Shown piece after piece: positions 47,690 to 58,974 of a stretch of DNA of 64,000 nucleotides. Source of the DNA: Bdellovibrionales bacterium (GTDB lineage: Bacteria > Bdellovibrionota > Bdellovibrionia > Bdellovibrionales > UBA1609); NCBI GenBank assembly GCA_965199825.1, contig OZ241329.1:1664001-1728000 (forward strand). Direction: 5' to 3'. Each line of letters opens with the position of its first letter. Position 1 is the first letter of the stretch. The notes beneath the pieces were generated by a model. The model did not search any database and was not told the origin of the DNA. It worked only from the letters and a program-made list of their open reading frames with translations. The position numbers were made by a program, and so were the translations under genes.

Positions 47690-47746
47690 ATTCTCTTAGA
47701 AACCGGACATTGAAGTAGATGGTGCCGCGTGTTAATGATGATCGCT

Positions 47747-48316
47747 ATGAATATTCAGTTTTTAAAAAGTGCAAAAGAACTTGAAGATTGTCCCGAAGAA
47801 AACCGTCCCGAGGTGGCTTTGATGGGTCGATCCAATGCCGGTAAAAGTTCTTTTTTAAATGCTCTCACCGATCAAAATATTGCCAAGGTGAGCCAAGTTC
47901 CGGGCAAAACTCGGTTACTCAATTTTTTTGATGTGGGCGAAAAATATCGTCTCGTCGATATGCCAGGCTATGGCTATGCGTCGCGCGGTGGAGATGAACG
48001 AGTCTCCTGGGGTCAGATGGTCGAAAATTTTGTTCGTGGACGCGACAATTTGGTTGGCGCGCTCTTAATTATGGATATTCGCCGTGATTGGAGTGATGAC
48101 GAGAAAGTCATTGCACAGTGGGTGTTTGATCGCCATTTGCCGATCAGCGTGGTGCTCAACAAAGGTGATAAGTGCTCGCGCTCAGAGCTTTCAAAACGCC
48201 AAGCTTATTTTAGCAAAACTTTAAAAGACATTCCGTATTTTGTTGTATCGGCGACCAAAAAAACCGGAATCAAATCGGTCGAAGCCGCGATGTTTAAAAA
48301 TTGGATCAACCTGTGA
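47747..48316 (+). CDS. engB: Ribosome biogenesis GTPase YihA/YsxC
   Basis: GRSNAGKSS, PGKTR..N, DMPGYGYA, NKGDK. Confidence 0.93.
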   Translation: MNIQFLKSAKELEDCPEENRPEVALMGRSNAGKSSFLNALTDQNIAKVSQVPGKTRLLNFFDVGEKYRLVDMPGYGYASRGGDERVSWGQMVENFVRGRDNLVGALLIMDIRRDWSDDEKVIAQWVFDRHLPISVVLNKGDKCSRSELSKRQAYFSKTLKDIPYFVVSATKKTGIKSVEAAMFKNWINL

Positions 48317-49050
48317 CGGTTGTAGGTGTTATTCCTGCGCGATTTGGATCCACCCGATTTCCGGGTAAGCCGCTCAAAGAAATTTTAGGTAAACCACTTT
48401 TGGCCTATGTCATTGAGGCTGCAAAAAAAAGTAAAAGCTTAAGCGAAGTGATCGTAGCAACCGATCATCAAGAAATTGCGCAGCTGGCGGAAACTTGTGG
48501 CGCACGTGTTGTGATGACCGATCCCGAACTTCCCTCTGGGAGTGATCGGGTTTTTAAAGCCATCGAAAACGACCGCGTGGATGTGGTGGTCAACATTCAA
48601 GGTGATGAGCCTTTGTTAAAGCCAGAGATGATCGACAATTTGGTGCGACCCTTTGAGCGCGACAAAGAACTTCAGATGACCACTCTGGCTCGGACTCTCA
48701 ATGAAGAAGATCTTAATTCCATCCAGACCGCCAAGATCGTGGTGAATAAAAAATTTGAAGCCCTTTATTTTTCTCGCTTACCCATTCCTTATTCGCGTCA
48801 GCCGTTTGATCCGGCGGGTGAAGCTGGCTGTCTCAAGCACATCGGTATTTATGCTTATCGCAAACATTTTCTCGAAATTTTTTGTCGCAAGGGGCCGGTG
48901 ATTTTGGAACAGCTCGAAGGTTTGGAGCAGTTAAGAGCCCTTTATTTAGGCGCGCGGATTCGTGTGGTGCAGGTCGACGAGGAGAGCTGGGGCGTTGACA
49001 CTCCAGAAGATATCGCAAAGGTTGAATATCTTTTGAAAGGTGTAAAATGA
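48313..49050 (+). CDS. kdsB: 3-deoxy-manno-octulosonate cytidylyltransferase
   Basis: [38 protein letters not shown] coupling to engB. Confidence 0.95.
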   Translation: MTVVGVIPARFGSTRFPGKPLKEILGKPLLAYVIEAAKKSKSLSEVIVATDHQEIAQLAETCGARVVMTDPELPSGSDRVFKAIENDRVDVVVNIQGDEPLLKPEMIDNLVRPFERDKELQMTTLARTLNEEDLNSIQTAKIVVNKKFEALYFSRLPIPYSRQPFDPAGEAGCLKHIGIYAYRKHFLEIFCRKGPVILEQLEGLEQLRALYLGARIRVVQVDEESWGVDTPEDIAKVEYLLKGVK

Positions 49051-50765
49051 TGAAGCGAAACCCCACCCGGTCTACAACCAAAAAGCTTGTCCAAAAATAT
49101 ATTTTCGTTACTGGGGGAGTGGTTTCATCGATTGGTAAAGGTCTCTCAGCTGCAAGTCTTGGAACATTGCTCGAAAGCCGCGGGATCAAGGTCGCCTTAA
49201 TGAAATGTGATCCCTATATTAATGTGGATCCAGGAACGATGTCACCCCTTCAACATGGCGAAGTCTACGTCACCGAAGATGGGGCTGAGACCGATTTGGA
49301 TTTGGGCCACTACGAGCGATTTACCCACGTGTCGGTGGGCCGATCCAATTCGGTTACCGCAGGCCAAGTGTATGAAAGTGTAATTTCAAAGGAACGCCGA
49401 GGTGATTATCTCGGTGGGACCGTTCAGGTGATCCCGCACATCACGAACGAAATTAAATCGCGCATCTTTGATGCGGCTCAAGGATCAGAAGTTTGTATTG
49501 TCGAAATTGGTGGAACAATTGGTGACATTGAAGGTTTGCCATTTATCGAGGCCATCCGTCAGATGCGCGCCGATTTTGGTATCGAAAATACCATCTTTGT
49601 TCATGTCACTTACGTGCCGTATATTGCAGCGGCGGGAGAATTAAAAAGTAAACCAACACAGCATTCGGTTAAAGAATTGCGCGAGGTCGGGATTCAGCCC
49701 GATTTTTTGATTTGTCGCAGTGAGCGACCTATCCCTACAGACATAAAAAATAAGATCGCACTTTTTTGTAGCGTGCAATCGGACTACGTGATTGCGGCCA
49801 GTGACTCGCAAAGCATTTATGAAGTTCCGCTTGTTTTGTATCGCGAAAAATTTGATCAAAAAGTTGTAGATCGTTTGCAGCTTGAGTCTTCAAAGCCCGA
49901 TATGGCGGGCTGGTCCGCAATGGTGCAAACTTTAAAAACACCAGCGCGAGAGGTGACTATTGGTCTCGTTGGAAAATATGTGGATCTTAAAGAAAGTTAT
50001 AAATCACTTAACGAAGCAATTATTCATGGCGGTATTGCCAACAATTCAAAAGTAAATTTGGTTTACGTTGATTCCGAAACTCTCGATCAAGCCAACGTCA
50101 AACAAGCCCTCTCCAGTGTTGAGGGGATATTGGTTCCCGGTGGCTTTGGTGAGCGCGGGGCCGAAGGAAAAATGGCTGCGATCCGTTATGCGAGAGAAAA
50201 TCGAATTCCTTATTTTGGAATTTGTTTTGGTATGCAACTCGCAGCCATCGAATTTGCCCGCAATGTGTGCGGCATTACCGATGCAACAAGCCGGGAATTT
50301 ATAAAAGGCAAAAAAAATTCGCGCAATTTCGTGATCGATTTTATGGAAGAACAAAAAAATCTAAAAGATATGGGCGGCACTATGCGCTTAGGGTCTTACC
50401 CCTGTCATGTGAACAAATCGAGCAGGGCTTATCAGATTTATCAAACTTCGCAAATTACCGAGCGTCATCGCCACCGATATGAGTTCAACAATAAATATCG
50501 ACCGCTATTTGAAAAGCACGGGATGAACCTTTCGGGCATTTGCCGCGAACGAGACCTTGTTGAAATAATCGAAATCGCATCTCATCCTTGGTTTTTTGGT
50601 GTGCAGTTTCATCCTGAATTTCAGAGTAAACCTTTGTTGCCGCATCCGTTGTTTCAAAGTTTTGTAAAGGCCGCTTTGGACAACAAAAAAGTGGTCAGTA
50701 AAAAATCGGATCAAAAATTTTTTAAAAAATCGCGCTCTTTAAGAGGATCACATGCTCAATCTTGA
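49047..50765 (+). CDS. pyrG: CTP synthase
   Basis: [42 protein letters not shown]. Confidence 0.98.
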   Translation: MMKRNPTRSTTKKLVQKYIFVTGGVVSSIGKGLSAASLGTLLESRGIKVALMKCDPYINVDPGTMSPLQHGEVYVTEDGAETDLDLGHYERFTHVSVGRSNSVTAGQVYESVISKERRGDYLGGTVQVIPHITNEIKSRIFDAAQGSEVCIVEIGGTIGDIEGLPFIEAIRQMRADFGIENTIFVHVTYVPYIAAAGELKSKPTQHSVKELREVGIQPDFLICRSERPIPTDIKNKIALFCSVQSDYVIAASDSQSIYEVPLVLYREKFDQKVVDRLQLESSKPDMAGWSAMVQTLKTPAREVTIGLVGKYVDLKESYKSLNEAIIHGGIANNSKVNLVYVDSETLDQANVKQALSSVEGILVPGGFGERGAEGKMAAIRYARENRIPYFGICFGMQLAAIEFARNVCGITDATSREFIKGKKNSRNFVIDFMEEQKNLKDMGGTMRLGSYPCHVNKSSRAYQIYQTSQITERHRHRYEFNNKYRPLFEKHGMNLSGICRERDLVEIIEIASHPWFFGVQFHPEFQSKPLLPHPLFQSFVKAALDNKKVVSKKSDQKFFKKSRSLRGSHAQS

Positions 50766-51720
50766 TGAGGCTCGTCGGGTCTTAAAAAATGAGGCCGAAG
50801 CCTTGATTGAAATGGCCGAGCGACTCGACCAAAATTTTTTGACCGCGGTTGAAATTGTGATTCAAACAAAGGGAAAGTTGATTGTGACCGGTGTTGGAAA
50901 ATCAGGTCATATGGGTCGAAAAATCGCCTCGACGTTTTCGTCTACCGGAACACCCGCTTTATTTCTCCATCCTACAGAGAGTTCGCACGGAGACTTAGGT
51001 GTGATTGCTCAGGGCGATACCGTACTTGCGATGAGTTATGGTGGAAATACTCCTGAGCTCACCCAGCTGCTCAATTTTGTAGCGCGCAAAAACATTCCAT
51101 TGATTGCGATGACCGGAAATCAACAAAGCCCTCTTGCTCGTGCCGCAACTGTGGTTTTAGATATCAGCGTCAAAGAAGAAGCCTGTCCCTTAGGACTTGC
51201 TCCCACCACCAGCAGCACCGCAAGTGTCGCACTTGGTGATGCCTTAGCGATGACGGTGTTACGAGAAAAAGGATTTAAAAAAGAGCAGTTTGCCGAATTT
51301 CATCCAGGGGGAAGCCTTGGTCGACGATTACTCACAAAAGTTCGAGATGTGATGCATGTCGATGCGGCTTTACCGCTTGTTTCACCACAAGAGCCGATGA
51401 CAAAGGTGATCTCGCTGATGACTGCAAAAGATGTCCGAGGCGTTGCCGGAGTCATCGACGCCGAGGGAATCTTGATGGGAGTAGTAACTGATGGAGATAT
51501 TCGCCGTCGTCTTGAAAAAAGCAATTCAGCACTGACCGAAACTGCGGGTGAATTGATGTCAAAAAATCCAAAATTGATCGATGCCGATGAGCTTGCCGAA
51601 AAGGCTTTATTCTTGATGGAGCAGTTTCAGATTCAGACACTCTTTGCGGTGGAGTCGGTGACCAAAAAGCCCGTAGGCATTCTGCACTTACAAGATCTTT
51701 TGAAAGCTCAAATCCGTTAA
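50752..51720 (+). CDS. kdsD: Arabinose-5-phosphate isomerase (KpsF/GutQ family)
   Basis: GVGKSGH, STGTP, HGDLG, APTTS, HPGG.LG plus two CBS domains. Confidence 0.94.
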   Translation: MLNLDEARRVLKNEAEALIEMAERLDQNFLTAVEIVIQTKGKLIVTGVGKSGHMGRKIASTFSSTGTPALFLHPTESSHGDLGVIAQGDTVLAMSYGGNTPELTQLLNFVARKNIPLIAMTGNQQSPLARAATVVLDISVKEEACPLGLAPTTSSTASVALGDALAMTVLREKGFKKEQFAEFHPGGSLGRRLLTKVRDVMHVDAALPLVSPQEPMTKVISLMTAKDVRGVAGVIDAEGILMGVVTDGDIRRRLEKSNSALTETAGELMSKNPKLIDADELAEKALFLMEQFQIQTLFAVESVTKKPVGILHLQDLLKAQIR

Positions 51721-51781
51721 AAGCCAAAATCCCATTTTCTTTTAGTTGCATAGTGAGTTTAAAAATTGAAAACTATTCCTT

Positions 51782-52510
51782 GTGAGAACGGCACAACGAA
51801 TAATTCTTGTCTTTTTTAGTATTTTTGTTCTTCCGATTTTTGGAGAAACGATCGAGTTTCCTGAGGAAGAATTAGCCACAGAAACGGTGTTGCCGGTTTT
51901 TGATCGGGTTGAAGCGGTCAAAAATCGTAATGTTCAGTTGGCAAAACGTTTTGAATTGGGCGGCGGCATCGGGCTCACGATGAATGAGCCCTACTACAAC
52001 CAACTCAATTTTGGTTTAAACGGAACCTATCATTTTACCGAAACCCACGCGCTCAATCTGATTGGCCAGTTTTATTTGGACGGCTTGTCAAATTACGGAA
52101 CCGATCTCAAGGCGGGTAAGGGTTTATCAAGTGGCGACACTTTTGATCCAAGCCTTGCACCCCATCCCACTTATATGCTGTTGGCCAATTATCAATTTAC
52201 TGCCTACTACGGCAAAATTAGTCTCACTCGCCAAACCGTGATGAACCTGACCTTGTTTGGTTTAGCCGGTTTAGGATATGTGGGGATGAAGGGCGTAGGC
52301 TCGCCCGCATTGAATGTCGGATTCGGTCAGAACTTTTATTTTTCGAATCGATTAGCTCTTCGTTTGGATTTGCGCATGGATATTTTCCAAGCGCCAGATC
52401 CCACTACACAAAAATTAAATGCGGGCACTCAGGCTCCTTCGCCCACAAGTTTTGGAAAGATGCTTTACTTTAACTCGATGCTCACGGCTGGGCTGGTCTT
52501 AGTACTTTAA
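51782..52510 (+). CDS. Outer-membrane beta-barrel, GltA/GltB-like
   Basis: Signal, AVKNR...KRFE, NEPYY, YYGKISL; first gene of the gliding cluster. Confidence 0.78.
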   Translation: MRTAQRIILVFFSIFVLPIFGETIEFPEEELATETVLPVFDRVEAVKNRNVQLAKRFELGGGIGLTMNEPYYNQLNFGLNGTYHFTETHALNLIGQFYLDGLSNYGTDLKAGKGLSSGDTFDPSLAPHPTYMLLANYQFTAYYGKISLTRQTVMNLTLFGLAGLGYVGMKGVGSPALNVGFGQNFYFSNRLALRLDLRMDIFQAPDPTTQKLNAGTQAPSPTSFGKMLYFNSMLTAGLVLVL

Positions 52511-52519
52511 AAGGATGTT

Positions 52520-53311
52520 GTGAAATTGGTTGGACTCTTAATTTTATCGCTGGTGATGCCTTTAGCGACAGCTCAAGAGGAGACGTCGTCGACCGACAAA
52601 GAGATTGAACAACTCTATGACAAATTCGATCGCGATCAATCTGCCAAACAAAAAAAAGAAGTTGTTGAGCGTAAAGGAAAGCAAAAAGCAAAACCAGATG
52701 CGGTGAAATTAACCGATCTTGGAACGCTTGCTCCCTTTGAAGATATCGCGGTGATCGAGAGAAAGTTTTTGCCAAAGACAGGCCGATTTGAAGTTACCGG
52801 GCTTGGGTTAACGGGACTAAATAATCCTTTTTTTAATAATCTCGGTTTGGCTGTTCAACTCGCCTATTTTTTTAGAGAAAAATATGGTGTCGAAGCCATG
52901 TACTATTATGTGTCGAGCACTCAGCGTGATGCCACAAAAAATCTATTTGGCAATCGGCAGGTGATTACGAATTCTTTGGTCACTCCCAAAGGCTATCTGG
53001 GAGCGGCTTTCAAATGGAATCCTGTTTATGGCAAAGTTGCATTTTTGAATCATAGAATTATTCCATTTGATCTTAATTTTAGTTTGGGAGGTGGAACAAC
53101 CCAAACCGATTCGGGAAGTTCTCCAACCATCCATGTGGGAACAAGCCAAAATTTTGCAATTTCAAAACGCCTAGCTTTGCGATGGGATTTGGCTTGGAAC
53201 TTTTATCAAACAAAGTCGACCGTTGTGAATGCTCCCAGTCAAGGAACTCAAATTGATCTTTTTCTTGGGCTGGGTGTGAGCTTCTTTTTTCCGGAGGCCA
53301 CTTACCGATGA
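52520..53311 (+). CDS. Second outer-membrane beta-barrel, GltA/GltB-like
   Basis: VIERKFLPKTGRFE, NNPFF, W.PVYGK, LGVSFFFP; paralog of the previous gene. Confidence 0.78.
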   Translation: MKLVGLLILSLVMPLATAQEETSSTDKEIEQLYDKFDRDQSAKQKKEVVERKGKQKAKPDAVKLTDLGTLAPFEDIAVIERKFLPKTGRFEVTGLGLTGLNNPFFNNLGLAVQLAYFFREKYGVEAMYYYVSSTQRDATKNLFGNRQVITNSLVTPKGYLGAAFKWNPVYGKVAFLNHRIIPFDLNFSLGGGTTQTDSGSSPTIHVGTSQNFAISKRLALRWDLAWNFYQTKSTVVNAPSQGTQIDLFLGLGVSFFFPEATYR

Positions 53312-54870
53312 TCCTACTTATTATTTTAAACTTATTCAGTTTACCTAGTTTTGCCGAAGAGGCAGATCAAAAAAGAACTCCGGCTCAAGCCATTTCGATT
53401 TCGACACGCGAAAACAAAGGCGATCTTGATCGCACGCTCGCTCTTGCCCGTGCGGGAAAATACAAAGAAGCCTCGATGCAGCTGTTTCAGCTGAGCTATA
53501 GTCCGCGCTACGCGAATCGCCGCATGCAGATCAAATATTTATTGGGTCTTATGCTGTATTCGATGAAGCTCAATCAAGTTTCGGCTTTTCAATTTATTAG
53601 TGTGGTCAAAGAGGGCAATAATAAATTTTTAAAACAAAGTTTAGAAAAGCTCTCGCTTGCGGCAGACACTTTGGGCGACGACACTCTTTTGAATTATGCC
53701 ATTTCTCGAATCAATATTGATGAATTTCCAAAAGCCAATCGCGATATGGTTTTTTATCGTATTGGTGAATTCCAGATGCGAAATGGTCAGTTTAATGAGG
53801 CCGCAAAAACTTTTGCCAAAGTAACGCCGGAGAGCACTTATTTTTCTAAAACAAAATATCTCGAAGGGCTCAGCTATGCCGAAGCTAAAAATCCGGCTCA
53901 AGCGATTTCTAGTTTTGATCAGTTGATTGATAGTCGTGCTCAGAAAAGTGTGACCGACTCTTCAAAAGTGGCTGCCGAAATGGGTAAGGCGCGAGCCCTT
54001 TATCAAAAAAAGGATTGGGATGCAGCAATCGAGGCCTATCGTGAGATTCCCCGCGACACTTTGTTTTGGCATGACACTCTATTTGAAAGTAGCTGGGCGA
54101 TGTTGCGCTCGGGTCAGTTTCGCTCGGCAATCAGTAATTTTCAGTCGCTTCATTCGAGCTATTATGAAGACACTTATTTGCCTGAGTCTTTGTTACTTCG
54201 AGCTATCGTTTATCTTTATATTTGCAAATTTGACGAGATGGAAAAGGTCTTGGATCTTTACAGCAAGATCTATAAACCGGTATATCGCGACATCGAAAAA
54301 GTTTTTGCCCAGAACTCCGACCCGCTTAATTATTTTAACGAGGTCGCACGAGCGATTCATGATTATAATTTAAAAGGGGATGAAATTGATAAGACAGCTT
54401 ATCATCTTCCATTCTTAGTCATTCGCAAAGTCTCGCGCGAGGCTGATTTTAGAAATTCCTACGCTTACATCAAAAAATTAATTGCCGAACAAAAGCTCAT
54501 CAATTCGATGTCGAAAGATTGGCGTGTGTCGAGCATCGGCAAGTACTCTTTAAAAGTGGTTCAAACTCGGCTGCAAAAAGCGCGGGTGCGTGCGGGCCAA
54601 CAAATCAAAGCCCATCTTGAAGAGGTGCGCGAAGAGCTTGTCGATCTTTTTGAGCAAGAGGGATTTATCCGTTACGAAATGATCAATGGCAAAAAAGAAT
54701 CTTTAAAGAAAAGAATCGCTGGCAAAGAATTACCCACCGAAGCGGTTAAAGAAAACAAATATCGCGATTTCTCGGTCCAAAACGGCTGGGAATTTTGGCC
54801 CTTTCGCGGAGAATATTGGCTTTCAGAATTAGGAAATTACCACTATGTGGGCACACAAAGCTGTGAATAA
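53308..54870 (+). CDS. gltC: Periplasmic TPR protein, GltC-like
   Basis: Signal, TPRs, LFESSWA, C-terminal WPFRGEYW..ELG.Y.Y...C. Confidence 0.72.
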   Translation: MILLIILNLFSLPSFAEEADQKRTPAQAISISTRENKGDLDRTLALARAGKYKEASMQLFQLSYSPRYANRRMQIKYLLGLMLYSMKLNQVSAFQFISVVKEGNNKFLKQSLEKLSLAADTLGDDTLLNYAISRINIDEFPKANRDMVFYRIGEFQMRNGQFNEAAKTFAKVTPESTYFSKTKYLEGLSYAEAKNPAQAISSFDQLIDSRAQKSVTDSSKVAAEMGKARALYQKKDWDAAIEAYREIPRDTLFWHDTLFESSWAMLRSGQFRSAISNFQSLHSSYYEDTYLPESLLLRAIVYLYICKFDEMEKVLDLYSKIYKPVYRDIEKVFAQNSDPLNYFNEVARAIHDYNLKGDEIDKTAYHLPFLVIRKVSREADFRNSYAYIKKLIAEQKLINSMSKDWRVSSIGKYSLKVVQTRLQKARVRAGQQIKAHLEEVREELVDLFEQEGFIRYEMINGKKESLKKRIAGKELPTEAVKENKYRDFSVQNGWEFWPFRGEYWLSELGNYHYVGTQSCE

Positions 54871-57800
54871 AAATTTAGCTCTCATTGCACTGTTGTTGAT
54901 CGCGCCAAAAGCTTTTGCAAAAAAGACGGTAGGCGAAGTTTTGCAATCGATCGAGCGCCAAAAAAATAAGGTGAGCATTCCTGCCGAGCAGCCCCAACAA
55001 GTGCCTGCTTCGAGAGTCAATCTTCAAGCGGTAAAGCCTCCATCTAAATCGACTTTGTATTATGAAGAGGGCTCAGACGAAGGCCAACTTGACCGCGTTA
55101 CCGATCAGGGGATTCGTCAGCTCTATAAGTTGACCCAACAATTTCGAACGAGCAAACGGCGGGGCGAGTTGTGGTTGCGACTTGCTGAGCTTTATGTCGA
55201 AAAGTCTCATTTGCTGGAGTATCGAGCTCAATCCAAATTCGATCAGCAGCTCAAGGCCTATCAAGACAATCAATCCAAAGTTAAGCCTAAGATTAATCTA
55301 AAAAATGCTCAAGACTACAACCGTAAGGCGATTCAACTTTACGAATGGTTTTTGCGCGACTTTCCGCAAGATCCTAAAGTGGATCAGGCTTTGTTTTTTC
55401 TCGGCTACAATTACTTTGAGCTTAAAGATCCCGAAAAAGGAAAGCGCTACTACGAAAAACTCTCGCGCGAACATCCTGACTCACCTTATGTGGACGAGTC
55501 GAATTTTGCTCTTGGAGAATTTTATTTCGATAACGAGCAATGGAAAAATTCGCTCGAGTATTATGAAAAGGTCACCAGGAATCGACGCGGACGACTTTAC
55601 TCCTTTGCCCTTTATAAATCGGCTTGGTCACTTTACAAAATGGGTCAAACTGTAAAGGCCTTAGGAAATCTTGAAATGGTCATTCGCGCAGGGCGAGGAT
55701 CAAAAGATGATCAAGATAATGCAAGCTCGGGTGCCAATCGAATCCGACTCGCCTCTGAAGCCATTCGCGATCTTGTGATATTTTATGCCGAAGCAGGAAG
55801 TTACAAAGAGGCGCGCTCTTATTTTGAAAAAGTGGCGGGCGAAAAAAATGCGCTCTCGCTCACCGAAAAACTTGGCTATTACTACTCAGATATCGGCAAC
55901 AAAGAGGGTGCGCGATATATTTTCAATGAACTGATTGATGATAAACCCAATGCAGCCAAAGCCTACGATTACCAATATCAAATCGTAACGATGTACGGAG
56001 CAGGCGGAGCAAATCCTCAATACCGCAAGGAGCTCTACAATTGGATTCAAAATTATGGACCTGAGAGTTCATGGGCAAAAGCCAATGCAAGCAATCACGA
56101 GTTGATCGCTAAATCTCAGGCTCTGATGGAATCTTCGCTCAGAAATAATATTATGCGCGAGCATCAAACCGCACAAAATTCGCATTCACCCCCTTCGCAG
56201 CAACGGGCCAAGGAAGGTTACAATCTTTATTTTGATACATTTAGCAAAAGCCCGCGACTTGATGAGATGCACTTTTTTTATGGCGAATTGCTTTATGACT
56301 TAAAAGATTTTGAAAATGCATCGGCGCAATACCTATGGGTGACCGACAATGCGCCAAAGAGTAAATATTTTGAAAAATCGATCGTGAATTCGATTTTAAG
56401 TCTCGAAAAGAAAATGCCGAAGGCCGACGAAGTTAAAAAACTTGTTGGCGATACGACAGAGCCCGTCGAATTTACCGACACCATTAAATCCTTTGAAAAA
56501 ACAGCTCTCCGGTATTTTCAGGTGATCAAAAAAGGCGAAGACACGGTTGCAATTAAATATCGTTTAGCTTCGCTGTATTATTATTTTAACCAATTTGATC
56601 AGGCGATCCCGTTGTTTAAAGAGATCATCCGGGATTATCCAAAATCGCAATACGCTGAATTTTCGGCCAACTTACTTCTGGATACTTACAATCTTAAAAA
56701 AGATTTTCCTGGTTTAGAGCTTGCGGCCCAAGACCTTTTAAAAGTTCCAGAAATGCGCAACGGCAAAGTCGGCGATCAAATCCGAAGTATTCTTCAGCGC
56801 ACTTCATTCAAAAAAGCTCAAGAGCTTGAAAAGGGATCGGATTTCTTAAAGAGTGCTCAAACTTACGAAGAATTCGGCCGCAAAAATCCCACCACCGATT
56901 TAGGCGGCTCAGCCTTTTATAATGCAGGCATCAATTATGAAAAAGGGGGCAATCTCGATAAGGCTGCAGAAATGTATGCTGTCGTTGTCTCGACTACTGC
57001 ACCTATTGGGGCTGATCTTAAAAAAAATGCTTCTAAATTTATGGCGGGTCTTTACGAAAAAACCGGTCAATATGCTAAAGCTGCCGATGCATTCGAGCGC
57101 TATGCCACCGACAATCCCAAAGACAAAGAGGCTATCGATTTTTATTTTAATGCGGCAATCATTCGCGATGGGATGAATAATCATTCGGCGGCATTAAAAA
57201 ACTATCAAAAATATTTTGATCTGAGTCGCAAAGCCGATCGTACTGAGGCTTTGTTTTTAATGGCCAAAATTGCGGAGCGCAAAAAAAGTTTTTCGCAAAG
57301 TATTGCCTACTATAAACAGTATTTAGAGATGAACCCACGCAACGCCGATGAACTCATTGAAGCCGATTTTATGGTGGCCTCTTTAAGCGAAAAACTCAAC
57401 CGCATCAAAGATTCAGAAGAGTATTACGCCAAAACCATTTCGGCACAGCGCCGGTTGGCCCAAAAAAATAATAATGATGTGGGTGCAAGCTTTGCGGCTG
57501 AGGCGAGGTTCAAACAAGTTCATCGCACTTATGATGCTTTAAGAGCAATTCGGATTTCTCAAGGACCTAAACAAGGTCAGTCTGTTCAAGAGAAACTAGG
57601 ATTGCTCAACCGATTAAAAGAGGAACTTAAATCGGTGATCAAATATGATGATGGCTATCAGATTGTTGCGGCCTTAACCATGATGGGCCAAGCCTATCAA
57701 CATATGGCTGCGAGTCTTTATAATGCGCCCACTCCGCGTGGACTTGAAGGCGACGATCTTAAGACATACCGCGAGGGGATTGATAAGATCGCAAAACCTT

Positions 57801-58663
57801 TTGCTGATGAGGCCAAAAATAATTACTCGCTCGCCATCGAAAAAGGCCAAAAGCTTGAGAGTTACAATGAGTCGACCAAAATTGCGATGCGTGAGCTGAG
57901 CGTTTTATCACCAGAGAAGTTTCATGATTTTAATGAGCAAGCCCTTTTAACCCGTTTGCCAGATCCTTTAACCGCAAACGATGATGTGTCAAAAGCGATT
58001 GAGTCACAAAAATCGGAAGAGGGGATCATTCGCGCGAGCAGTAAGGCTTTGGGTAGCAATCCCTCACATCTTTATGCCTTAAATAGCCTCGCCCTTTTTT
58101 ACTTTCGTGATCAAAAATTTGGATTGGCCATGATTATTTTAAATCGGGCAATCAAGGACCATCCCGATGAGCCCGCATTATTTAATAATTTAGGTATTGT
58201 CCATTTAAGCGAAACCAATCCGCGCAAAGCTTTGCCAAATTTTAAAAAATCTCTTGAGATCAAGCCGGATTACAAAATTGCGGCGACAAATTTGGCGAGC
58301 ATTTATCTCGAATACCACGACTATAGTAAGGCGGTTGTGCCGCTCGAAGCAGGTTATAAGGCGACACGGGCAGATCTTAAAAAAAATCAGCAAGACGCAG
58401 TGGCAGTTGCCAATAACTATGCGTTAGCGTTGAGTGGTGAAGGTGAGCATAAAAAAGCAAAAGATATTTATCGCGAGATTTTAGAAAACAATGCGAGAAA
58501 TTCTACTGTTCTGCTGAATTATGCGATACTTTTGATAGAGAAATTAAAAGACAAGAGTGAAGGTAAAAATATTCTCAATAAATTAAAGTTTGTTGCGAAT
58601 GAACCAAATCTCGAACGTCACGCTGATGAACTTGGCGAAAAACTTAAAGGACTTCAGGAATGA
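54863..58663 (+). CDS. Large periplasmic TPR protein, GltD(AgmU)-like with fused GltE(AglT)-like C-terminal TPRs
   Basis: GTG 54863, signal (AFA), RLAELY.EK, D.ALFFLG, ALYK.AW, many TPRs. Confidence 0.75.
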   Translation: MNKNLALIALLLIAPKAFAKKTVGEVLQSIERQKNKVSIPAEQPQQVPASRVNLQAVKPPSKSTLYYEEGSDEGQLDRVTDQGIRQLYKLTQQFRTSKRRGELWLRLAELYVEKSHLLEYRAQSKFDQQLKAYQDNQSKVKPKINLKNAQDYNRKAIQLYEWFLRDFPQDPKVDQALFFLGYNYFELKDPEKGKRYYEKLSREHPDSPYVDESNFALGEFYFDNEQWKNSLEYYEKVTRNRRGRLYSFALYKSAWSLYKMGQTVKALGNLEMVIRAGRGSKDDQDNASSGANRIRLASEAIRDLVIFYAEAGSYKEARSYFEKVAGEKNALSLTEKLGYYYSDIGNKEGARYIFNELIDDKPNAAKAYDYQYQIVTMYGAGGANPQYRKELYNWIQNYGPESSWAKANASNHELIAKSQALMESSLRNNIMREHQTAQNSHSPPSQQRAKEGYNLYFDTFSKSPRLDEMHFFYGELLYDLKDFENASAQYLWVTDNAPKSKYFEKSIVNSILSLEKKMPKADEVKKLVGDTTEPVEFTDTIKSFEKTALRYFQVIKKGEDTVAIKYRLASLYYYFNQFDQAIPLFKEIIRDYPKSQYAEFSANLLLDTYNLKKDFPGLELAAQDLLKVPEMRNGKVGDQIRSILQRTSFKKAQELEKGSDFLKSAQTYEEFGRKNPTTDLGGSAFYNAGINYEKGGNLDKAAEMYAVVVSTTAPIGADLKKNASKFMAGLYEKTGQYAKAADAFERYATDNPKDKEAIDFYFNAAIIRDGMNNHSAALKNYQKYFDLSRKADRTEALFLMAKIAERKKSFSQSIAYYKQYLEMNPRNADELIEADFMVASLSEKLNRIKDSEEYYAKTISAQRRLAQKNNNDVGASFAAEARFKQVHRTYDALRAIRISQGPKQGQSVQEKLGLLNRLKEELKSVIKYDDGYQIVAALTMMGQAYQHMAASLYNAPTPRGLEGDDLKTYREGIDKIAKPFADEAKNNYSLAIEKGQKLESYNESTKIAMRELSVLSPEKFHDFNEQALLTRLPDPLTANDDVSKAIESQKSEEGIIRASSKALGSNPSHLYALNSLALFYFRDQKFGLAMIILNRAIKDHPDEPALFNNLGIVHLSETNPRKALPNFKKSLEIKPDYKIAATNLASIYLEYHDYSKAVVPLEAGYKATRADLKKNQQDAVAVANNYALALSGEGEHKKAKDIYREILENNARNSTVLLNYAILLIEKLKDKSEGKNILNKLKFVANEPNLERHADELGEKLKGLQE

Positions 58664-58974
58664 AGTTTTTAAAACAAAAGCATGGATTTGCTCTTCTGAT
58701 GATTTCAATCAGTCTGAATGCATTTGCCCAAGAAGATGCGCCACTTCCCGTGGCTCCTAAGCCTCCCGCTGCAACAAACAACAAAGATAAACGCACCCAA
58801 AATATCGACTTTGGAGACGAATTGATTCAAGGGGATGTGAATAAGCCCGAACTTTTTTATTTACTCCAAAAGAAACAATTTAATTTTAAAAGACTTATCA
58901 AATTGCGTGAGGATTTTCTTCCCGAGATGAGGCGAACGTCTGAGGACGTACAGCGCAGTGGGGGTAAGCATTGA
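58660..58974 (+). CDS. gltF: Small exported GltF-like protein
   Basis: IDFGDELIQGDVNKP...F..LIKLREDFLPEM. Confidence 0.72.
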   Translation: MKFLKQKHGFALLMISISLNAFAQEDAPLPVAPKPPAATNNKDKRTQNIDFGDELIQGDVNKPELFYLLQKKQFNFKRLIKLREDFLPEMRRTSEDVQRSGGKH

